A stretch of 53,206 nucleotides of DNA, taken from the NCBI GenBank assembly GCA_003697105.1, contig RFFQ01000185.1, forward strand, positions 1-53,206. Reading direction: 5' to 3'. Below, piece after piece: positions 46,802 to 53,206 of this stretch (the first letter of the stretch is position 1; each line of letters starts with the position of its first letter). Position numbers and translations under genes: made by a program. Below the pieces are notes generated by a model that saw nothing but the letters and a program-made list of their open reading frames with translations, searched no databases and had not been told where the DNA came from. The stretch comes from Gemmatimonadota bacterium. GTDB lineage: Bacteria > 4572-55 > J002.

Positions 46802-47635
46802 ATGTCACGTAAACAATTTACCTTGACCGAAGAACAGCGAAAATCCTTTGCGGGAGTCTATCTGCTGGATGTTATCATCAATGTGCCGGCGTATTTTTCC
46901 GTGCTATTGGAAGGCAATGATAAAGATTTGGAACCCGTGTTGGACTGGCTGATGGTCAAAGAATATGTCCAGATTAAAGATAATGAAAAATACGTCCCCA
47001 CCGCCAAAGGTAGAGCCGTCCTCCAAAACTTCAAAGAGCGTTACTTGGAATTTTTGAAGGTGTTTGATATTTATTGTGCGGTCGATCTGGAAGCTGGGGA
47101 ATTTGCTTTTAGTTATTATTTCGATTTTGACAACATGGACGAATGGCGCGCCTTCCTCCAAGATGAACGCTGGGAAGACCTCCGAATTGCCGTTGCCGAT
47201 TACAAAGGCATTGACCCCGTGGAAATTGTGTTTATGAGTTTTATCCATGAAAACCGATTTGGACGGGATGAAACCGGGTGGCAGTTTGACTTGCTTTTGG
47301 GCACCGTTTGGGATGAAATTTTAGAGATTTGCAACACGGCGCTCCTCAAAGATGACCTTGCCTACGAGGATGAGCACGGGTATGTCAGCGGGGAAGATGT
47401 TATTGAAGACATCATCACGCAAGGCACGGAATTAATGATCGAACTCTACCAAAAAGATGAGCAGTTTAATGTCCCGGATGAAACACCGGTTTATGAGGCG
47501 GTGGGGGATAATGGCCATGGGGATGAATTGGTGGTGGAAAAGGTCGTGATGATACCCTATCCGGTAGATTATTACTATCCCTACCGGGACCCCCGGTATT
47601 TACGCCCAATATGGCGACGGCGCTGGTTGATCTAG
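46802..47635 (+). CDS. Hypothetical acidic cytoplasmic protein
   Basis: 277-aa ORF with RBS inside the operon; possible winged-helix wing (YVPTAKGR); function not recognised. Confidence 0.75.
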   Translation: MSRKQFTLTEEQRKSFAGVYLLDVIINVPAYFSVLLEGNDKDLEPVLDWLMVKEYVQIKDNEKYVPTAKGRAVLQNFKERYLEFLKVFDIYCAVDLEAGEFAFSYYFDFDNMDEWRAFLQDERWEDLRIAVADYKGIDPVEIVFMSFIHENRFGRDETGWQFDLLLGTVWDEILEICNTALLKDDLAYEDEHGYVSGEDVIEDIITQGTELMIELYQKDEQFNVPDETPVYEAVGDNGHGDELVVEKVVMIPYPVDYYYPYRDPRYLRPIWRRRWLI

Positions 47636-47639
47636 AAAA

Positions 47640-48734
47640 ATGAACATTTTTGTTCGGATTATCAAAAAAATATTGCCCAAAGGGGGGTTCTATCGCCCGA
47701 AACTACTGACGGTGTTGCTGGTTTCGGTGGGGTTAAATGTTGCCTTTGGCATCGCCTTCTATTTTGCCGAGCGGCATCTTCAGGAAGGGTTGACCCTGAC
47801 CGATGCTATCTGGTGGGCAATGGTCACGATGACCACGGTTGGATACGGCGATATTTATGCCCAAACCGCCGTCGGGCGATTTTTAATTTCGTATCCCTGT
47901 ATGGTGATCGGAATCGGTATTATCGGCTATCTGGTCGGAATTGTGGCGGAGTCGGTTTTGGAATCGATCTCGCGCCAAAAAAAGGGGTTGAAAGCAATTA
48001 CCATGAAAGACCATATCATCATTTGTAACTGCCCGCAGGTTGAAAAAGTGGTGCGGTTGGTGGACGAATTATCTTATGACCCAACCGGAAAAGACCGGCA
48101 ATTTGTCTTGATTACCGAACGATTTGAGGAACTTCCGGAAGCGTTACATCATGCGAACATCAAATTTGTCAAAGGCGACCCCACCAAAGAGGATGTTTTA
48201 CAGCGGGCGAATATTTTGAAATGTGCCGGCGTGTTTGTTCTGGCAGAGAACCCGTCAGATGTGGCTTCAGACCACAAAACGTTTGCTATCGGTACCATCA
48301 TCGAAATGATTGAAAAAGAGCACCAAGTCCCCATCAAAACCGTCGTGGAACTGGTCACAAAAGAAAACCTGAAAATGATGCAGCGCACCCACGTGGATGG
48401 GATCGTCTCGGTGGACGGCATTATCAATTGCCTGATGGTGCAGGAGTTCCTCGACCCCGGGATTCATGATGTGGTGCATGAACTCATCAGTAACAAAACC
48501 GGTAGTGAATTTTATACCTTAACGACCCGGTTGACGGGGTTCACGGTGGGTGATATTCAAAAAGCCACCTGTGATGCGCCGCAGAACGTGCAGTTGATCG
48601 GCGTGATTCGCCACGGGGAACATCTGCTAAACCCTGAAAAACAGTTTAAAATTGAAGATGGCGACCGGTTGGTCATCCTTGCCCCCCAGCGTACTGATTT
48701 TGAACGGATTGAGCAAAAGATGTTAGGGTACTAG
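47640..48734 (+). CDS. 2-TM potassium channel with RCK (TrkA-N/TrkA-C) domains
   Basis: DAIWWAMVTMTTVGYGD selectivity filter, KDHIIIC, VKGDPT..LQRAN, C-terminal TrkA-C (LIGVIR...LNP...IEDGDRL). Confidence 0.93.
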   Translation: MNIFVRIIKKILPKGGFYRPKLLTVLLVSVGLNVAFGIAFYFAERHLQEGLTLTDAIWWAMVTMTTVGYGDIYAQTAVGRFLISYPCMVIGIGIIGYLVGIVAESVLESISRQKKGLKAITMKDHIIICNCPQVEKVVRLVDELSYDPTGKDRQFVLITERFEELPEALHHANIKFVKGDPTKEDVLQRANILKCAGVFVLAENPSDVASDHKTFAIGTIIEMIEKEHQVPIKTVVELVTKENLKMMQRTHVDGIVSVDGIINCLMVQEFLDPGIHDVVHELISNKTGSEFYTLTTRLTGFTVGDIQKATCDAPQNVQLIGVIRHGEHLLNPEKQFKIEDGDRLVILAPQRTDFERIEQKMLGY

Positions 48735-48758
48735 CGCGTTAGGAGGGGGGGGGGGCGC

Positions 48759-49406
48759 TTACGCCCGGATTCGCCGCCGGGAGGTGATCCCCTGTTTTTT
48801 GAGCCCGACGTTTTGCAAGACACGCTCGCAAATCGCCCGGTATGTCTCTTCTACCCCCACGCCTTGTTGGGCAGAGGATTCAAATACGTTTTTGAGAGCA
48901 AGCGCCGGATTTAGGGCATTTCGCAGGGTGAATTTGGGGATGTTATGCGGTAGGTCGATTTTATTGACCTGTAAAATTAGAGGGGCTTCCAATTGAAGCT
49001 CATCCATTGCCTGTTGCAATTCTTGGAAACTTTCAATATTGTCATTTAAACGATCCGCTTGGGAGTCCGCTACAAAGACGATGCCATCCACTCCACGCAA
49101 CATCTGGCGCCGGGTGGCGGCAAATGCCATCTGCCCGGGTACACTGTACGTTTGGAATTTGACCTGAAAGCTTCCGACAGTCTCCTCCAGCGGTAAAAAA
49201 TCAAAAAAGCGGGTGCGACCGCTGTACTGGCTTTGTTCCGTGTCCATATTAATCGCCAAGGCGATCAATTTTCCGGTTGGGTTGTACATTGATTGCGGTA
49301 CTTTTTCAGCTAATTGTTTTAGGTTGGTGGTCTTACCACTCAGACCCGGACCATAATAAACGATTTTGCAAATGACCTCTTTCTTCTGGTAGTTGATCAT
49401 CGACAT
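48759..49406 (-). CDS. MglA-family small GTPase
   Basis: CKIVYYGPGLSGKTTNL, RTRFFDFLPL, SVPGQ, LRGVDGIVFVADSQ, NKID, SAQQGVGV. Confidence 0.92.
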   Translation of the reverse strand: MSMINYQKKEVICKIVYYGPGLSGKTTNLKQLAEKVPQSMYNPTGKLIALAINMDTEQSQYSGRTRFFDFLPLEETVGSFQVKFQTYSVPGQMAFAATRRQMLRGVDGIVFVADSQADRLNDNIESFQELQQAMDELQLEAPLILQVNKIDLPHNIPKFTLRNALNPALALKNVFESSAQQGVGVEETYRAICERVLQNVGLKKQGITSRRRIRA

Positions 49407-49462
49407 TCGTATTTCCCCCCCAACTGAGTTCCTTAAATACCACCTCACACGTTTTACATCCG

Positions 49463-50644
49463 ATGAATGAACATAATGCGCAAGTGGTGATTGATCAAGA
49501 TAAAACGACACGCCTTTCGATTTGTATGACGGTCATCGGAGAATTAACCCATGACCAGCGGGTTTTCCGCGAGGCACACTGTTTACAGCAGGCGGGGCAT
49601 CAGGTGCATATCATCGGTGGTACGAGCAATCCGAACAAAATTCCAGAAGATTGGGGCGACATCACCATTGAATATCTCCAATTACGGGCGGCGCGGGGTA
49701 AAAAAATGTACGCAGAGCATGCGCTCAAGCTGTTGCACCGGCTGGCGACCCTCGATATGGATGTGATTCATTGTCACGATCTGGATACACTGCTTGCCGG
49801 GGCCATCATGGCCAAATTACGGGGTAAAAAGTTGATTTATGATAGTCATGAACTTTTCCCGGAACAAGGTTCGCTGGCAAATCGCCCGCGCGAGCGCAAA
49901 ATATGGGGGATGTTGGAACGGCTTCTGATTCACCTGCCGGATTGGATTATTACGGTCAATGACTCGTTGGCAGAAATCATGGCAGAGCGATACCATGTTG
50001 AACCACCGACCCCCATTCGCAATATCCCGGACGGACAGGTTAGGGAACGAACCAACCGGTTGCGGCAAAAAACCGGTCTCTCTCCGGCGCACAAAATCGT
50101 CCTTTACCAAGGACAAATGATGCCCGGACGCGGGTTGTTCACCCTGATTGAGAGCATCCTGAAGTTGCCAGATGAGTATGTGTTGGTCTTGTTGGGTAAA
50201 GGGGGGTTAATGCCGGAACTCCGCCGGCGTGCCGCCTTGCATCCCCCAAAAATTCGGGTTCTGGATGCGGTGCCTTTTGCCGAATTGCTCTCGTACACCG
50301 CATCTGCCGACATCGGTATATGCTTGATCGAAAACATCAGCACCAGCTATTATTACGCGTTGCCCAACAAATTTTTTGAATACATGATGGCAGGTCTTCC
50401 GGTGATTGCGAGTAATTTCCCGGAATTTGAACGCATCTTTAAAATATTCCCGTTTGGCGTTACGGTTGACCCGAGTGACGCCGACGCCGTGGCTCAGGCA
50501 ATCCGTGCCATTGGAGAGAATCCGGCGTGGCAACAGGAACTTCAAACCATCGCTCGATCCGCGACAACAGTTTATAATTGGCAGATGGAGCAGAAAAAAT
50601 TATTGGATATTTATAATCGTCTGTATTATACTTCTCAGAAATAA
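49463..50644 (+). CDS. GT4 (GT-B) family glycosyltransferase
   Basis: DQRVFREA, IHCHDLDTL, IYDSHELF, LYQG, ADIGI, LPNKFFEYMMAGLPVIASNFP, YNW. Confidence 0.92.
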   Translation: MNEHNAQVVIDQDKTTRLSICMTVIGELTHDQRVFREAHCLQQAGHQVHIIGGTSNPNKIPEDWGDITIEYLQLRAARGKKMYAEHALKLLHRLATLDMDVIHCHDLDTLLAGAIMAKLRGKKLIYDSHELFPEQGSLANRPRERKIWGMLERLLIHLPDWIITVNDSLAEIMAERYHVEPPTPIRNIPDGQVRERTNRLRQKTGLSPAHKIVLYQGQMMPGRGLFTLIESILKLPDEYVLVLLGKGGLMPELRRRAALHPPKIRVLDAVPFAELLSYTASADIGICLIENISTSYYYALPNKFFEYMMAGLPVIASNFPEFERIFKIFPFGVTVDPSDADAVAQAIRAIGENPAWQQELQTIARSATTVYNWQMEQKKLLDIYNRLYYTSQK

Positions 50645-50676
50645 CCCTTATTTTACCATTTACTCAGGTTTTGATC

Positions 50677-52242
50677 ATGAGCTTAAGCCGCAAGCAACAT
50701 TTGTTGCGAGAATATAAAGCCGTCTCTGAATTTGTGGATTTCCTGATTCGTGAAAACCATACGATAGAGGATTTTGAGCAACATATCCTAGAATTTTTAA
50801 CCGAGGCGGAAACAAATCAGTTCGAGGTGGTTCCCTCCTTAATAGAAAAAATGAAGCGAGATTATACCAAACCGTATGTTCTCAGCACGATTGTGGAGAT
50901 TTTGAAGCAATATGGCGATGAGACGGTACTGGATGAAGTGTTTGAAACCTTTATCGACCCCGATGTACCGGATGATATCCGTGCCCCTTTGTTGGAGTTG
51001 ATGAATTTTTACGGGATCGATACCACCAACCCAGAACTGGGTCTGCATTTTCAGGATATTGATGCGGTACATCGCAAGGCACTGGAGAGTGTGTTGGAAC
51101 AACTGGATCAGCATGAAGAGTTGGCAATTGAATTCCTCAATGAGGTGCATGAAATGCCGCGCGAGATGAAACAAGACCTGATCAAAGAAGTAACCGCGCA
51201 AGGAGAAGAGCGCGCCCTGCCTCTGTTGGCGGTCTTTGCGGAGTATCCCGATGCGGAAGTTGCCAATATTGCGATCCACGCGCTAGGCACGTTGCGTTCC
51301 CCCCGTGCCCTCTGGGTGTTACAGCACTTGACCAACCACCAACGCGGGTTGAAGAACAGTATCGAACGCTCCCTTCGTAAATTGCAGTTTGCCGGCATTC
51401 CCGCTCCCACCACAGATAGTGCCCCGTTGCCGTTCCATGAATGCCTGCTTTCCAATGTGGATGGACGGGGCAGCCGGATGCTGTTTCTTTCGCGTCAGGT
51501 GGACGATGATCATTACGAACTGGTCAACTTCATGCTGAATGAGTTCTGTGGTATCAAGGATTGCATGGGTGAATTCGGAATTAGCTTCGCCTTTTACACC
51601 GATATCCGGCAACAAATGAGTAATGAATTGCATCTGGTAAAAATCGACTCCTCATACGCGATTGACTTGATTCGAGATGCGCTCTGGTGGGCCATGCGGA
51701 ATAAGGAAATGATTTCACCGGCATTCATCTTGAAACGAGCCATCTTTGGCAATGTGGACTTGACCCCCGCACCATATGAACCGGATTTATACCGCTATCG
51801 CTTGGCGGAAGTACAAGACCGGGCAGAGGCGTTACTGGATGCAACGGAAAATTTGATCGATGTTGATCTCCTCGCCGATTGGTGGCTGGATATCCCCGAA
51901 GCATATCAATTTGTGAAGAAAAAACAACGCCAATTACAACGCCGGGGAATGACAACGCCAATTGTTATGGAATTCATCCAAAAGGTGATCGAACCCCTCC
52001 GGGAACACTTCATCCGGCGAACCGCCCTGACCATTGAATATATGGCACTGGATGACGAAACCCGATACCGTGAGAGTATCGAGTTGCTGTTAACCGTGTG
52101 GTTGGCACTCGCTGAATGGGAGATGAACTGTACCGATATCCCGTTTTTCGTGGAATTGGCAGAACAAAGCATTTTTTATGTCCTTGATAATATTGAACTG
52201 GGCATTGATTCGCCAGAATCCTTCGTCCCGGAATATCAGTAA
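50677..52242 (+). CDS. Hypothetical protein with HEAT/PBS-lyase-like helical repeats
   Basis: Acidic helical protein with ERALPLL..., VANIAIHALGTLRSPRAL repeats and a DGRGSR motif. Confidence 0.7.
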   Translation: MSLSRKQHLLREYKAVSEFVDFLIRENHTIEDFEQHILEFLTEAETNQFEVVPSLIEKMKRDYTKPYVLSTIVEILKQYGDETVLDEVFETFIDPDVPDDIRAPLLELMNFYGIDTTNPELGLHFQDIDAVHRKALESVLEQLDQHEELAIEFLNEVHEMPREMKQDLIKEVTAQGEERALPLLAVFAEYPDAEVANIAIHALGTLRSPRALWVLQHLTNHQRGLKNSIERSLRKLQFAGIPAPTTDSAPLPFHECLLSNVDGRGSRMLFLSRQVDDDHYELVNFMLNEFCGIKDCMGEFGISFAFYTDIRQQMSNELHLVKIDSSYAIDLIRDALWWAMRNKEMISPAFILKRAIFGNVDLTPAPYEPDLYRYRLAEVQDRAEALLDATENLIDVDLLADWWLDIPEAYQFVKKKQRQLQRRGMTTPIVMEFIQKVIEPLREHFIRRTALTIEYMALDDETRYRESIELLLTVWLALAEWEMNCTDIPFFVELAEQSIFYVLDNIELGIDSPESFVPEYQ

Positions 52243-53206
52243 TGGTCGGGTCTCCTCTCACAATCTTAGTTGATGAAAATCCGGCGCATTTGCGTTTAGA
52301 CCGGTTTTTGCATGACCGGTTGGCGCCAGACCTCTCCCGTTCGCGAATTCAAAAGTTGATCAAATGCGGGGATGTGACACTCAACCGGCAACCCACCCAA
52401 CCCAGCGCCATCCCCCAAACCGGGGATGAAATCCGGCTACGGATCCCTGAACCGGTACAACTGGATGTAACTCCCCAATCCATCCCGCTGGAGATTTTGT
52501 ATGAAGATGCGCATTTGCTGGTGGTCAACAAACCGCCCGGAATGGTAGTACATCCGGCGGCGGGCAACCCGGATGGTACGTTAGTGAATGCCTTGCTGGC
52601 ACATTGCGATGACCTCTCAGGGATTAATGGAATCATGCGCCCGGGGATCGTCCACCGGCTAGATAAAAATACATCGGGACTGTTGATCGTTGCCAAACAG
52701 GATCAAGCGCACCGGTTTTTAGCGGCACAACTCAAACAGCGCACCCTTTCACGCACGTATGTGGCGTTGGTGTGGGGTCACATGCCCGCGGATTCCGGCA
52801 CCATCCATGCCCCCATTGCCCGGAGTCCCGTCCATCGAAAAAAAATGGCGGTGGTGGAGGGCGGGCGGGAAGCGATAACCCACTGGCGCGTGGAACAACG
52901 TTTCCCCTTTTGTGACCGGGTACAAATTAAGTTGGAAACCGGACGAACCCACCAAATCCGCGTGCATCTGCGTCATGTGGGGCATCCGGTTTTTGGTGAC
53001 CCCGAATATGGAGGACGGGAAAAACGGTTAGGGAGTATTGCCCCTCAATTCAAATCAACTGCTAAGCAAATGTTACGCATCCTGGACCGGCAAGCACTTC
53101 ATGCTACCGAAATCGAGTTTGTGCACCCGCACACCCAAGAAAAAATGCAGTTTACCTCCGGTTTACCGGACGATTTTAATCAGATTATGGCAATTTTAGC
53201 TAATTA
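52242..53206 (+). CDS. rluD: RluA-family 23S rRNA pseudouridine synthase with S4 domain (RluD-like); runs to window end
   Basis: Own translation from ATG 52242: LRLDRFL..SRSRIQKLI (S4), LYED..LLVVNKPPGMVVHP, RPGIVHRLDKNTSGL, LETGRTHQIRVH, GDPEYG, RQALHA; absent from the ORF track because the stop is cut off. Confidence 0.93.
   Translation, partial: MVGSPLTILVDENPAHLRLDRFLHDRLAPDLSRSRIQKLIKCGDVTLNRQPTQPSAIPQTGDEIRLRIPEPVQLDVTPQSIPLEILYEDAHLLVVNKPPGMVVHPAAGNPDGTLVNALLAHCDDLSGINGIMRPGIVHRLDKNTSGLLIVAKQDQAHRFLAAQLKQRTLSRTYVALVWGHMPADSGTIHAPIARSPVHRKKMAVVEGGREAITHWRVEQRFPFCDRVQIKLETGRTHQIRVHLRHVGHPVFGDPEYGGREKRLGSIAPQFKSTAKQMLRILDRQALHATEIEFVHPHTQEKMQFTSGLPDDFNQIMAILAN

Noticed and set aside
48745-48755. 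G11 homopolymer as a phase-variation tract
   Set aside because: It lies between two convergent stop codons, not in a CDS or promoter, so slippage would have no evident effect

Overview
A bacterial chromosome segment (roughly 45-50% GC by eye) with clear sigma70-type promoters. I see no mobile element, prophage or CRISPR array. The left part is housekeeping: gltX, a single-domain response regulator, tRNA-Pro, a beta-hydroxyacid dehydrogenase, lepA-lepB, DUF1385, a REC-GGDEF-REC protein, the rimP-nusA-ylxR-ylxQ-infB-ylxP-rbfA-DHH-surA operon, kgd-menD-menH and a Val/Asp/Phe/Thr tRNA cluster. The middle holds a ~1450-aa STAND-type ATPase/TPR/coiled-coil/acidic-repeat/HPt-like protein, an ArsR-led sulfur/redox cassette (DsbD_2-type, degenerate peroxiredoxin, DUF3365 cytochrome c, TauE, MsrB, TPMT-type methyltransferase, thioredoxin) and a prkA-yeaH-spoVR-prkA operon containing telomere-like short repeats. 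The best candidate for an undescribed system is at 41957-44743: a CcsA/HemX-like membrane protein followed, in the position hemA often occupies, by a sigma54 enhancer-binding protein. Its N-terminal ~330 aa look like a catalytically dead glutamyl-tRNA reductase (HemA), fused to an intact GAFTGA AAA+ domain and a Fis-type HTH. Downstream are a DUF350/secreted protein/K+ channel cluster, an orphan MglA-type GTPase, a GT4 glycosyltransferase, a HEAT-repeat protein and rluD (truncated at the window end). All family assignments come from recognising motifs by eye; no database search was run.
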